A program made the position numbers and the translations under genes. A DNA stretch of 64,000 nt from the human T2T-CHM13v2.0 reference genome, Homo sapiens: the NCBI RefSeq assembly GCF_009914755.1, contig NC_060942.1; one strand, written 5' to 3'. Shown here piece after piece: positions 26,604 through 40,689 of the stretch. Position 1 is the first letter of the stretch. Every line of letters starts with the position of its first letter. The notes under the pieces were generated by a model that worked only from the letters and a program-made list of their open reading frames with translations, did not search any database and had not been told where the DNA came from.

Positions 26604-26838
26604 ATATAGAACTAGTATGAGCAATTTTATACTAATAAGTTGGATAACCTAGAAAAACATGAATACATCCTTAGAAACCTACTACTTATCAAAACGGAAT
26701 CATGAAAATACAAAATCTGAACATGTCATTAACAAGTAAAGAGACTGAATCACTAATCAAAAATTCTACAAAAGTGCAAAGCAGAACGGGGTAAATGGTG
26801 CTGGGAAAATTGAATATCAGTGTGCAAGTAAGTGAAAT
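26604..26838 (+). repeat. Local direct duplication of 22051-22232 joined to a copy of 23604-23651
   Basis: Identical stretch attaacaagtaaagagactgaatcactaatcaaaaattctacaaaagtgcaaagcagaac in both copies, then gtaaatggtgctgggaaaa(c/t)tgaatatcagt(a/g)tgcaa. Confidence 0.9.
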
Positions 26839-27593
26839 ATGCAAAAAACATTCAATGTAATATCACTTCGCCTTAAAACAGAAGAAACCACTGTCATTTG
26901 AGACAACATAGACAAAACTAGAGGACTCCATGCTAAGTGTAAATAAACCAGAAACAGAAAGACAGATACTGTATGATCTCACTTATATGTGGAATTGAAA
27001 AAAATCAAACTCGCAGTAATAGGGAGTAGAATGGTGGTTACCTGGAGCTGGCGGGGGAAGAGTTGGTAAAATAGGGAGAAGTTGGTCAAAAATTACAAAC
27101 GTTAAATTGTAAGATGAATAAGGAGATCTAAAGTACAGCATGGTGGCTTTAGTTAATAATGTGTTTTATATTCGAAGAAGGCTAAGAGAGCAAATCTCAA
27201 GTGGTCTCACCACACATAAGATATTTTCACAAGGTGGTGGATATGTTCATTAAATTGGTTGTGGTAATCATTCCACAATGTATATGTATACCAAATCATT
27301 ATGTATACCTTGAATATATGCTATTTTTCTTTGCCAATCTCATATAAATAAAGTTGGAAATTATGGCAATGGCCATAAATGAAGTTTTATTGAAAAAAAT
27401 CATTAAAAATGACTCATGTAATGCACTTTAGTAATATAATTCAATTTGAGTAATAAAACTAATACAATGGCAAATCCAGAGTAGTATTGTCATCATCATC
27501 ATTTAATAACTTCAAGGTGGTTTTGTAAAATATTAAAGTAGAAAAAAAGTCAATGAATGAGAATTTCACATGGATGTTTTGTAACATAAATAA

Positions 27594-27912
<319 letters not shown>

Positions 27913-28400
27913 TTGAATACAATTTTTGAAAGCCTAGAGTAAACAAAGATGTGAAAAAAATAAGCGATATGCATTAAAATGTTAAACAAGTGTTAATTTT
28001 AGAGTTATGTAACAGGGTGGGGGCTAAAGTTTGTGAAAAATAGAAGTGGCAGTTCCATATTTAGTTTAATTACTAGCAATATTGTTATTTGAAATAGCTC
28101 CATCTGTGAAATCTTGGTAAAGGCCTTAAGCAAACAAGTTCATTTATCTTGTTTTTTCTTTGTAAGGAAATAATAGTTTTATAGGCCTGAGAGAAGGTAA
28201 TTAAAATCAGTGAAGAAATTAAAAATGAGAATATATTAGCGTAGTAAGAGTCCTAAGAAGCCAGAGGCCTGGAAATGAAGTGAAAAACAACAACAACAAC
28301 AAAAAGTTCATATTAGTTAACACTGTAAACCTTGGCCCTACTGGATTTCCTCGCCAATCTATACTGAATAAAACAAATGTCATATTGCTAATTATGGGGC

Positions 28401-28442
<42 letters not shown>

Positions 28443-28448
28443 CAGAGA
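28401..28448. repeat. Compound (GT)n(GA)n microsatellite
   Basis: Seen directly. Confidence 0.95.
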
Positions 28449-29198
28449 AAACAGGCTTGTATATGGATGAATTAGTATAGCTCCATAAACATTGCATGTA
28501 TCTGACAAATGGCTATTTGAATCTCCATTTTCTACTTTCTGTATAGTCAAAATTTTGAAGAATAATCTAAGGAGGAGATATTTCACATGAATGTTCTTCT
28601 ACTTTAAATAAAAAAAGTGCTCATTGCTTTCTCCTACTTAACAAATTTAACATCTGAACACATTGAATACTAGTGCTTTTTAATGTACTCTTAAAAATAA
28701 GCCCTCTCCCACTAAAGTATTTGGATCTAGCCTAATCTAAAAAGGGTTTACCCGATCTCTGTCCAGTTGTGAGTAGATTTATGCCTGCTTCATCATAGAT
28801 GAAGGCTATTGGAGCTCCTGTTAACCCATTTGTTATCAGGATTGCTTCAGTTCTCTCCTCAACATACTTCTGCATTTTACCATGGTCTGTTTGAGACCCT
28901 CACCTAAGGTTCTCCACACATCCACAGAAACATTACTGGAAATCACTGTTTCTTCTGATTTTAGTGTCCAATTTATTTGTATGTCTCTTGTTCAGTTTTC
29001 ATCTTCTATATGACAGTACAAAAAACTAAATTCTTCATGTGATTTATATCATTCTCTCCTATTATCTTTTTATTTTATAATTGATACTTATCTAGCTTTG
29101 AGATTTTCACAGAATAGATATGGGTTTTGTTTTGTTTTAACATAAGAAAGCAGTGAGTCAGAGATGCCAAGACAACGTCACCTCCTTTACCCAGATAA

Positions 29199-29502
<304 letters not shown>

Positions 29503-30634
29503 AAAAGCAGAATATTTTATTTAACATAGAGTCTGAATAAAATGCAGTGCTTTTAATCTTACCCACATCTGGAAACAACTTAGGAAATTCTCTTTCCTAA
29601 AGTTTCCAAATTTTACCCCTTGCTTTACACTCCATCCAAATTAACCTGCATTTCTATTCAGTAATGTTAACTGCCCTTCCTACAACTGTCATTTCCTTTA
29701 CCTCCTTTTTGTTTCCCCTTTTTACTCTGGTATCTTATGTTTAATATCACATTTTTAATACTGCCTCAATAATAGTTAAATTATCCATGGAGGTGTGAGT
29801 ATCAAAGAATATCCCTTCTAAATCTATAAACAGAAGGGACTTTTTTTTTTTCAGAAAACAAAATCAAAAATCAAAGGAAGCAGCAGCCACAACAATAAAC
29901 TAGCATGCTGTAATTTCAGAGTCCATTTTGTTATTTACACTAATCAGGAAGACAGGAAACTGTTCTGCAGAAACATTAAGAGAGACAGTCACTGGTCAAA
30001 GATTATGGATCCTGCTGTCCAAGAAAGAAACATTCTGCAGCTATGCTCATTAGTAGACATTGTTAACACAGGAAGGGAATAAAAGGGGATTTTAAAAAAT
30101 AATTAACTATTGATGTAGCACTTATGTGCTACTGTTGTCACATTTTAAATGACTCAATTTTTTGTCATGACTGAGTTCATAAATACTTCTGTTAGGGACT
30201 CACGTTAAACTCATAGTCTTGAGTTCATTGATTTGATTTATGGTTAAATTCATGCTACAAAAGTCAGTATTTTGAAAGATTTCTGTCCATTTTAGATTCA
30301 GTATCAACTTTAGGTACAGCCTCTTATTTCTATTTATTCACTGCATTAACTAGTTTTTAGGAATTATGTTGTATTTTTATAATTTAAAGCATTATTTAAA
30401 ATATTCTTAATTTAGGAATTCAAGATCAAACCGCTGAGACTATGGTAAATTCTTTCTTAAATCAAATTTTTCTGTCAATGACAGATTGTTCATTAATGTC
30501 AGCATAAAATTATTGGATTTTTCTATATTGAATATATTCCACATTCAGTATTCTATACTGCTATTTCAAAGTTTAACATATTTCCAGACACTTGTGTTGA
30601 ATATAAAATGTACAAACACATGATTCTATTTGGA

Positions 30635-30850
30635 ATTAGATTTCTTCAGGTCAATCCTAGCTCTGCCCTTTACTAAGTGAGTAAACCTGTGTATCTATTT
30701 AACTACTCTATACTCTAATTTCTTCATTTTTTTGTAAAATAGAAATACTACCAGTGCCTACTTCATAAAGTGAGGATTAAATAAAATTAATTAGTATATA
30801 TTGCTCAAAATGGTGGCTTGCACACAGCAGGTATGTAATATATATTAAAG
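30635..30850 (+). mobile_element. MIR relic
   Basis: aatcctagctctgccctttactaag...ttcttcatt...gtaaaatagaaat...cctacttcata...gtgaggattaaataa. Confidence 0.75.
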
Positions 30851-30883
30851 ATTAATTCATTTTTTAAAGGATTATTTATGTTT

Positions 30884-33055
30884 ATACTAAATGGAAAAAA
30901 ACTAAAAACCCTTCCTTTAAGATCTAGAATATGACAAGGATGCCCACTTTCACTACTGGTATTCAACATAGTAATGGAAGGCCTAGCTAGGGCAATCAGA
31001 CAAGATAAAGAATCAAAAAGCTTCCAAATTGGAAAGGAAGAAGTCAGACTATTCTTGTTTGCAAATGATATGATCAAATACAGAAATCAGTAGCATTTGT
31101 ATATGCCAACAGTGAATAATATCTCTAAAAAAAGAAATTATAAAGTAATCCCATTTATAATAGCCACACATGAAATTAAATATCTAGAAATTAACTTAAC
31201 CAAAGAAGTGACAGATTCTATAATAAAAACTATAAAACACTGATGAAAGAAATTGAAGAAAACACCAGAAAATGAAAAGATATTCTGTGTTCATGGATTG
31301 GAAGAATCAATATTGCAAAAGTTCCATACTATGCAAAGTGATCTACAGTTTTAATGCAATCCCTACCAAAATACCAATGACATTTTTCGCAAAAACAGAC
31401 AAAACAATCCTAATTTATATGAAACCAGAAAAAAATAACCAGAATAGCCAAAACTATCCTAAGCAAAAAGAACAAAACTGGAGGAATCATATTATCTGAC
31501 TTCAAATTACACTACAGAATTATAGTAACCAAAACAGCATGGTACTGGCATAAAAACAGACACATAGACCCATGGAACAGAATAGAGAGCCCAGAACAAA
31601 TCCACACACATATAATAAACTCATTTTTGACAAAGATGCCAAGAACATACATGGGGAAAAGACAGTCTCTTCAATAAATGGTGCTGAGAAAACTAGATAT
31701 CCATATGCAGAACAATGAAACTAGACTCCTGTTTCTTGCCATATACAAAAATCAAATCAAAATGGATTAAAGACTTAATCTAAGAACTGAAATTATGGAA
31801 CTAGTGCAAGAAAACATTTGGGGAAATCTCTGGGACATTGGCCTGGGCAAAAATTTACAAGCACAGACAACCAAACCAACAATGGACAAATGAGATTACG
31901 TTGAGATAAAAAGCTTCTACACAGCAAGGGAAATGATTAACGAAGTGGAGAGATAACCCACCTAATGGGAGAAAATATTTACAAGATACCTATCTAACAA
32001 GTGATTAATAATTGGAACGTATAAGGAGCTCAAACAACTATATGGGAAAAAGTCTAATAATCCAATCCAAAAATGGGCAAAATATTTGAACTGACATTTC
32101 TCAGAAGGAGATACACAAATGACAAACAGGCATATGAAAAGGTGCTTAACATCATTGATCATCAGAGAAATGCAAATCAAAACTACAATGAGATATCATT
32201 TTGCCCCCAGTTAAAATGGCTTTTATCCAAAAGACAGTCCATAATGAATGCTGGTGAAGATGTGGAGAAAAGGGAATCCTCGTTCAGTGGTTGGTGGGAA
32301 TGTAAATTAGCACAACCACTATGGAGGACAGTTTGGATGTTCCTCAAAAAAATATTGAGCTATCATGTGATCCAGCAATCAAACTACTGGGTATATACCC
32401 AAAAGAAAGAAAATCGGTATATAGAAGAGATAGCAACACTCCCCCATGTCTGTTGCAGCACTGTTTACAATAGCTAAGATTTGAAAGCAACCTTAGTGTC
32501 CATCAACAGTTGAATGGATAAAGAAAATGTGGTGCATATACATAATGGATCACTATTCAGCCGTTGAAAAGAATGAGATCCAGTCATTTGGAACAACATG
32601 GATGGAACTGGAGATCATTATGTTAAGTGAAATAAGCCAGGTACAGAAAGATAAACATTGCATATTCTGAATTATATGTGGAGTTTAAAAATCAAAACAA
32701 TTGAACTCATGAACGTGGAGAGTAGAAGGATAGTTACCAAGGCTGGGAAGGGTAGTAGGGAGCTCAAGGGGATGGGGGTGGTTAATGGGTACAAAAAATA
32801 GTTAGAAATAATTATTAAGACATACTATTTAACAACAGGGTGACTATCGTTAACAATAACTTAACTGTACACTTTATAATAACTAAAAGAGTGTAACTGG
32901 ATTGTTTGTAATACAAAAGATAAGTGCTTGAGGGGATGAATACCCCATTCTCCATGATGTGATTGTTATGCATTACATGTCTGCATCAAAATATCTCATG
33001 TACCCTGTAAATATATATATCTACTTACACATAAAAATTAAAAATAAAAAAATTA
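30884..33055 (+). mobile_element. 5'-truncated L1MA2-like element
   Basis: ORF2 3' half (acaaggatgcccactttcac..., small deletion near 31075). L1MA1-3 type 3'UTR ggattgtttgtaatacaaaagataagtgcttgaggggatgaatacccc. Degenerate TSD ending tttatgttta. Confidence 0.88.
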
Positions 33056-33106
33056 AAAGGTATTCTTTATGTTTAAAAACAGATCTATATTTATATTTGT
33101 TTATAT

Positions 33107-33327
33107 TGGAATTGGCAAACTTTTACTTAAAGAACCAAAGTAAATATTTTAGGCTTTGGGGACCATATGGTCTCTCTGTAGCAACTACTAAACTGTGCCA
33201 CTGGAGCTAGAAACCATCCATAAACAATGTATTAACTAATGTGCATAGTTGTGATCCCATAAATCTTTATTTACAAAAACAGGCAGTAGATCAGACTTTG
33301 CTTGCAGGATGTGGCTTCCCAACCCTA
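33107..33327 (+). mobile_element. MER58A-like hAT MITE
   Basis: ttggcaaacttt...gtaaatattttaggcttt...gcaactact...ctttatttacaaaaacaggcag...ccaaccct. Confidence 0.8.
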
Positions 33328-34327
33328 ATTCTTATGCTTAAAAGCAGCATTCAATGACTAATGATTTAATAGAAATTACTATGTGCAACCTTAAAAACTG
33401 GCAATTTTAGGTGAACATTTAAGACACCCAAGAAGGTATTTCTTTGTCTAGAATCACCATATAGCTTATCTTGGTCTTAAAATTCATGTCAAAAATATAT
33501 AGTTTTCTTAGAAAGGATAGAGGTCAGCACAAAGAGAAAATACAATGTATTAAGAAGTTAAACAATGTCACATAGCAGTTTGTCTATTTTATATTAAGTG
33601 CATGTTAATAACATTCATATCATTCCTTAGAATTAGTAAACATATAAGAAATTAGCAGAGAAAAACAATAAAAATGTAAATTTTTCTACTTAGGTGACTC
33701 ATTTTATCTTTCCCTTTGTGTACAAATAGACCTTTTTTTTTCGCTTAGATGGATCAGAGGAAAGTTAAATTATTAAAAAAAAAAAAAGAATTGGAGAGAA
33801 GCAGGATCTTTATTACCAATAATGCAGGCAGATGCTAAGCAATTATACTGAAAATATATTCAGGTACAATAACTATATGCTTGTAGCCTGGGAAAGATGC
33901 TGCATAACTTATTGAAATACAAAAGCCTTGACAAAATACCAAGTGATTATTTATCAATGCACTTGAGAAGATAGAAAGTCTACAGGATCAGTTTAACAGA
34001 GGATTTTGCTAGGACATAAAAACTGATGATTTTAATATGAAAATGTGAATGTTTCAAATAAGAATAGCTAGAATGTAGCAGCTGTTAGCAAATATGAATA
34101 AATTTGTTATGAGTTTATTTGGAAAAAAAGATTATACATTCTATGCATTTGAACCAATGGGTTTTAATTTTACTTTTTTTCTGTTGTACAATTTTCTACT
34201 TGTTGCCACTAATCCATATTATGCAGTCTGGAAGTAACACCTCCATACATCCCAAATAATCTTAACTGACTGACGTTCATTCTAGCCACATGCACATACA
34301 AACTCTGTCTCTCTCTCTTTCTCTATG

Positions 34328-36543
34328 TGATATGGTTTTGCTGTGTTCCCACCCAAATCCCATCTTGAACTGTAACTTCCACAGTTCCCACATTTTGTGG
34401 GAGAAATCCAGTGGGAGGTAACTGAATCATGGGAGCGAGTCTTTCCCATGCTGTTCTAGTGATAGTGAAGAAGTCTCATGAGATCCGATGGTTTTAAAAA
34501 TGGGAGTTTCCCTGCACAAGCTCTCTCTCTTTGCCTGCCGTCATCTATGTAAGATGTGACTTGCTTCTCCTTGTCTTCCACCATTGTTGTGAGGCCTTTC
34601 CAGCAATGTGGAACTGTAAGTCCATTAATCTGATTTTTCTTCCCGGTCTCTGGTGTGTCTCTATCAGCAGCATGAGCAAATTGGTACCAGTAGAGTAGGG
34701 CGCTGTTGAAAAGATACCTGAAAATGTGGAAGTGACTTTGGAACTGGGTAACAGGCAGAGGTTGGAATAGTTTGGAGAGCTCAAAAGAAGATAGAAAAAT
34801 GTGGGAAAGTTTGGAATTTCCTAGAGACTTGTTAAATGGCTTTGGCCAAAATGCCGATAATGATATGGACAATGAAATATAGACCAAGGTGGTCTCAGAT
34901 GGAGATGAGGAACTCATTAGGAATTGGAGTAAATTTGACTCTTGTTATGTTTCAGCAAAGAGACTGGTGGCAATTTGCCCCTGTCCTAGAGATTTGTGGA
35001 ACTTTGAACTTGAAACAGTGACTTAGAGTACCTGGTGGAAGAAATTTCTAAGCAGTAAAGCATTCAAGAGGTGACTTGGGTTCTGTTAAAGGCATCAGTT
35101 TCATAAGGGAATCAGAATATAAAAGTTTGAAAAATTCGCAGGCTGACAATGTGATTAAAAAATAAAATACCATTTCTGAAGAGAAATTCAAGCCAGCTGC
35201 AGGAATTTGCATAAGCAATGAGAAGCCAAACGTTAATCCCCAAGACAATGGGAAAAATGTCTCCAGGGGATGTCAGAGGTCTTCATGGCAGCTCCTCACA
35301 TCACAGGCCTCAAGGCTTAGGAGGAAAAAATGGTTTCATGGGACAGGCCCAGGGTCCCCATGCTGTTTGCAGTCTAGGAACTTGGTGCCCTGTGTCTCAG
35401 CTTCTCCAGCCATGACTCAAAGGGGCCAAGGTACAGCTCAGGCCAGGGCTTCAGGAAGTGCAAGCCTCAACCTTGGAAACTTTCAATGTGATGTTGAGCC
35501 TGCAGGTGCACAGAAGTCAAGAATTGAGGTTTGGGAACCTCTGCCAAGATTTCAGAGGCTAAATGGAAATGCCTAGATGTATAGTGGTCAGAGCCCCCAT
35601 ACAGAGTCCCTACTGGGGCATTGTTTAGTGCAGCTGTGAGAAGAGGGCCACTGTCCTCCAGACACGAGAATGATATATCCACCAACAGATTGAACCATGT
35701 GCCTGGAAAAGCCACAGACACTCAACCCCAGCCCATGAAAGTAGCCGGGAGGGAGGCAGTACCCTGCAGAGCCACAGGGGCAGAGCTGCCGAAGACCTTG
35801 GAAACTCACTTCTTGCATCAGCATGACCCAGGTGCAAGACATGGAGTCAAAAGAGATCTTTTGGAATCTTTAAGATTTGACTGCTCTGCTGGATATCAGA
35901 CTTGCATAGGACCTATACCCCCTTGGCTTTGGCCAATTTCTCCCATTTGTAATGGCTATATGTACCTGTACCCCCATTGTATCTAGGAAGTAACTAACTT
36001 GCTTTTGATTTTACAGGCTCATAGGCAGAAGGGATTTGACTTGTCTCAGATGAGACTTTGGGCCAGGGACTTTTGAGTTAATGCTGAAATGAGTTAAGAC
36101 TTTGGGGAACTGTTGGGAAGGCAAGACTTGTTTTGAAATGTAAGGATATGAGATTTAGGAGGGGCCAGGAGTGTAATGATATGGTTGGTCTGTGTCCTCA
36201 TTCAAATCTCATCTTGAATTGTAACTCCCACAATTCTCATATTTCATGGAATAAACCCAGTGGGAGGTAATTGAATCATGGGGATGGGTCTTTCCTGTGC
36301 TGTTCTCATGGTAGTGAATAAGTCTCATGGGATCTGTTGGTTTCAAAAACAGGAGTTTCCCTGCACAAGCTCTCTCTCTTTGCCTGCTGCCATCCATGTA
36401 AGACATGATTTGCTCCTCCTCCCCTTCCACCATGATTGTGAGGCATCCCCAGCCATGTGGAACTGTAAGTCCATTAAACCTGTTTTTTTTTTTTTCTAGT
36501 CTCAGGTATGTCTTTATCAGCAGCATGAAAACAGACAAATCCA
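34328..36543 (+). mobile_element. Complete THE1 (THE1A/B-like MaLR): 5' LTR 34328-34675, internal 34676-36176, 3' LTR 36177-36543
   Basis: Both LTRs start tgatatggtt and share gagtttccctgcacaagctctctctctttgcctgc. Internal part starts aaattggtaccagtagag and ends with the polypurine tract aggaggggccaggag. 5-bp TSD ctat(g/t). Confidence 0.95.
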
Positions 36544-36548
36544 CTATT

Positions 36549-36626
36549 TCTCCCTTTCTCTGTCTATCTGTTCTTCAGTCTGCCTGTCTGTCTGTCTGTC
36601 TCTCTCTCTCTTCCACATACATAGAC

Positions 36627-36657
<31 letters not shown>
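36549..36657. repeat. (CTGT)n/(CT)n/(CA)n simple repeats
   Basis: Seen directly. Confidence 0.9.
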
Positions 36658-36659
<2 letters not shown>

Positions 36660-37444
36660 AGTGGATTAAAATCACTTTATAACACATAGAAACTATATCT
36701 CTAGATATTAAAGTATCACACAGAATCATCTTCCTAAAATCACTTAGAGTGCCAAATGCCTATTTTTCCCAGAAATTAGTGTTCTCTTTTTGTTATAAGA
36801 AATATCCTTTACATTTATATTTAAATATTTATATTTAATTATATGTTTTACACGCATATTTATATTTAAATAGATTTTATGAATAAGTGTAGCTACAGTT
36901 AGTACTTATGAAGTCAACTTGGTGCAACAAGTATGCAGAGTACAGGCCCACAAGACATATTACAGTTTTGGAACATGCTTCTTCCTCAGATTATTTTGAA
37001 CATTAGAAATTTATTAAAGAGTTGGAGATGTGCTCAATCTACTTATCATTCATCCATAACATATGTAATTGCTTTTAAGGTGAAGATTTTCAGCTCAAAA
37101 CTGCTTTTGGAATATTTACTCTTGGATGCAGTCATATTATGTCATTGAAATGCTTGGAATATAATCCAGGTTATTAACATCTGACACATGGCTCATCAGC
37201 ATTACATAAAATCAAAGCAAAACTTTTGAATGTACTATTTAATTTAATTCAGATTTAATGGGATGAAGTATTTGAATGTACTTTGTACAAAGTCATAATT
37301 ATCATTATTATTACTCACTTCTCAGGCTTCAGTTTAGTTTGTTCCATTATTTGCAGCATTAATTGACCTATTAGCTTTTCCTCAGTCACTGAAAGACATT
37401 GTTACTATTGTCCTGTTGTAAAGACATCTACTTTTAGAAAGTCA

Positions 37445-37700
37445 ATGTAAAACAGTGGTAGAATATTTGGAGCACAATTTACGAAGCCTGGTGTAGCAAG
37501 ATTTTAATAACAGACGTGTCCTGGATATAGCTGTGTGTCCTTGTACAAGTAAGTGAACCTTTCTGAATTTGCATTTCTGCATCTGATATAAGGAGGATAA
37601 TGATATTACCGATATGACCTTTGTCAGGATTAAATTAGTGTAGCCAAAAACACTAGAGTATAAGTAAATATTCAATAAGTATTTAGTCCTATTTTTGTTA
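37445..37700 (+). mobile_element. MIR relic
   Basis: tagctgtgtgtccttgtacaagtaagtgaacctttctgaatttgcatttctgcatctg...tgtcaggattaaat. Confidence 0.75.
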
Positions 37701-38199
37701 TTCATATTTTCATTATTTATCATAGAACTTCTATACAGAATGAAGAATGGAGGATGGAGAAGGCTGTACGATGGACATTACTTAGAGAAGTTAGGCCTGA
37801 AGGGATACACAGCCACTGTTATTGGTAGGTATCTGAAGTTTTCAGCAGCTTCAGACTGAGAAGGAACTTAGTGAGAATGATAACACACAATACCCCTATA
37901 CATAAGTGGTGGTGCATAGCAACTGTCTTAACAAGCTGAAAGTGTCCCTAAAGTACCCATGAGTGTAGTATCCTAGCATCTACATCCTGAAGTACCAGTC
38001 TAGGATATTTGCTTGCCTAGATGAGCCATAGCTGTCTTCTTCCCTCTTGTTGCTGTATTCTGGATCAAGTTAGATTACTATCGCCATGGTGATAGAAACT
38101 GTCTAAAAGTAGGAGGGGATGAAATTTTTTTAAAAGGCAATTGATGCTATTCCAAAGGGTTTAGATCTCAACTAAATTAATGCGGATTCAGTAAATTAC

Positions 38200-38600
38200 T
38201 TTACACTGATGAATGACCAGATGGTATCGAATTTTAGAATGATTACTCTGGCAGAAGTGTGGAAGAAGATAGGCCAGAGCATAAAGAGCAGCAGGAAAGG
38301 AACTATGTCAGTGATCTGAGTGAAAAATTAAGCTTGAAAGGAATTATAATAATGGGATAGATTTACAGATAATAAATTGGATTCACAAGGCAATTTGGTA
38401 AGGAATAAGGCTACAAGCAGCAGGTTAGGGTAGGAGGGAGACATACCTTTAGTTGGTAGATTAGGATTTAGGGCAAATAATTTGTCCTTGGTAGTATGGG
38501 TGACAGCAAAGCTGAAGAGTAACTTGGATGTATGCAAATGAGACGACCAAGGCAGAGTGATATAAGAAAGAGACAGGATTATAAGACATAGGGTCCGGTG
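38200..38600 (-). mobile_element. L2 relic
   Basis: attttagaatgattactctggcagaagtgtggaagaagatagg. Confidence 0.5.
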
Positions 38601-38784
38601 TGGAAACAACTCAGGCACATAAATAACAAATCAGCTGCTTATAATACCCCAAGCATAAAGCTATACTTGTGGTAGCAGCAATTTGATTCAATTATTATAA
38701 TTGTATGCTATTTAACACAATTTATTAGATACCTATTATGCGTCTGGTTCTGAGTTAGGCAGCCAGTATATGAGAAATTGTCTA

Positions 38785-38986
38785 AGGTGGGCATGGTGGC
38801 ATGCACCTGCAGTCCTAGCTAGTTTGGGGGCTGAGGCAAGAGGATCATTTGAGCCCAGGAGTTAAAGACCAGGTTGGGCAACATATGGAGATCCCAGTCT
38901 CTAAAATAAAATAAAATAAAATAAAATAAAATAAAATAAAATAAAATAAAATAAAATAAAATAAATAATTGTAAAATTACAGAAAT
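38785..38986 (+). mobile_element. FLAM (Alu monomer) with (AAAAT)n tail
   Basis: Single ~118-bp monomer. 12-bp TSD agaaattgtcta at 38773-38784 and 38987-38998. Confidence 0.9.
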
Positions 38987-39276
38987 AGAAATTGTCTACA
39001 TATTCCAAAATCTGGAGATATAGTTAAATCTTTGTGGTATTTAACTTCCAGCTGAGGCTGCTGGAAGGCTCTAGTGAGAGGAGATCAGGCAGGGTAATAA
39101 TAGTTCCAAGTTATTATTTTGCTCAGTGTTATACTTGAATTAACTTTATTAACAAAAACATTTTAAAATGAATTTTTTTTTAATTTACTTGATTTGAATA
39201 ATGCTACTGAACCAGCTTCCTTTTTTCTATCAGCATTATAATTTCTTAGGTCTTATACATTCTTAGCACTTACAAC

Positions 39277-40480
39277 TTTTTAATTTTTTTTATAAACTAT
39301 CTTTAGAGCAGTTTTAGATTCACAACAAAACTGAGCAGAAAGTACAAAAATTCACTTTTTAACTCCTGCCCCTACCCTTGCGTAGCCGCCTCCATTATGA
39401 ACATCCTCCATCAGAGTGGTACATTTGTTACAACTGATGAACCTACATTATCCTATCATTTTCACCCAGAGCTCATGGTTTATATTAGGGTTTCTTCTTG
39501 GTGTTATACCTTCTATGGGTTTGGACAAACGTGTAATGACATGTATCTATGTATCTACCATTATAGTATCATACGGAGTAGTTTGATTGCCTTAAAAACT
39601 ATGGGCTCTGCCCATTCATCTCTCCCTTTCCCTCATCCCCTGGCAACCACTAATCCCTTTATTTTCTTCATAGTTTTGCCTTTTCCATAACATTATGTAA
39701 TTGGAATCATATGCAGCCTTTTCATATTGGCTTCTTGCACTTAGTAATATGCATTTAAGTTTCCTCTGTGTCTTCATGGGTGGATAGCTCATTTCTTTTT
39801 GGTGCTGTATAATATTCCCGTACTGAGATAGGAGATCAACAGGAGTTGATTTCTGAGAGGCATCACGGCCCTGCTGATCAAACAGGGTATAGCAAAGATA
39901 TTGGCCAAAACCAGCTAGGACTAGGAAGTTTATGGTTCATTTGCATAAGAAACTCAGCAGTGCTATGACAGTTTACAAATGCTATGGCAACAAACATGAA
40001 ATTACCTTATATGGTTTGGGTAAATCCCTCATTCCTTTTCTAGAAAATTCTGAATATCTGGCCCCTTGATTAGCATATAATTAAGACTAGGTATAAATAT
40101 AGCTAGCCAGAGGCTGCTAATCTGGACTGCCACTGTTTCTATATACTGCTGCTGCTGCTGCTAATCAGGGCTGCTCTACCTATGGAATAGCACCACTCAG
40201 CCTATGGAGCAGCCATTCTGCTGCACAGGGTTGCTCTAATAAACTTACTTTCTTTCACTGTCGGTTTGTTCTTGAATTCTTTCCTGAGCAAAGCCAAGAA
40301 CTCTAGGCTGAGTCCCAATTTTGGGATTCACTTGTATCAGTACCACATTTTGTTTTCTATTCACTTGCTGTAGGAAATTTTGTTTGCTCTATTTTTCGGC
40401 AATTGTGAATAATCTTGTGATAAAGATCTATGTCCAGGTTTTTCTGTGGACATATAATTTCCTTTGAATGCATCAGATTT
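39277..40480 (-). mobile_element. L1MC1/2-like 3' end, split by an LTR
   Basis: tagagcagttttagattcacaacaaaactgagcagaaagtac...cagagtggtacatttgttacaactgatgaacctacatt. Resumes at ~40344. Confidence 0.8.
39824..40339 (+). mobile_element. ERV1 solo LTR, MER66-like
   Basis: TG...CA ends, 4-bp TSD gtac (39820-39823 and 40340-40343), tataaat box at 40093, aataaa at 40238, core tgacagtttacaaatgctatggcaac. Confidence 0.85.
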
Positions 40481-40522
40481 CTTTTATGCAAATCACTTTC
40501 TTCACCTTTTTTCAGAATAAGA

Positions 40523-40685
40523 TGTATCCAAGAGCCTGACTCCATTTTGATGTTTAACTTCTGACAGCTTTCAAGCCTCATCTGTCCCTCTTCTGCACAT
40601 CTGGGTCCGCAGATAAGAAAGCCTGTGCATTCTGTCCTGTCATTTCTTCTGTAGGAAGTTCAAAGCATGCAAAACCTTGCTACTG
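40523..40685 (+). mobile_element. LTR 5' fragment (MER54/MER74-like ERVL, tentative)
   Basis: cctgactccattttgatgtttaacttctgacagctttcaagcc...cacatctggg...gataagaaagcc...ggaagttcaaa. Confidence 0.5.
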
Positions 40686-40689
40686 ATGG

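Noticed and set aside
34456-36689. Cluster of 60-150 aa ORFs on both strands
   Set aside because: All lie within the THE1 LTRs and internal region, which are broken by stops and frameshifts.
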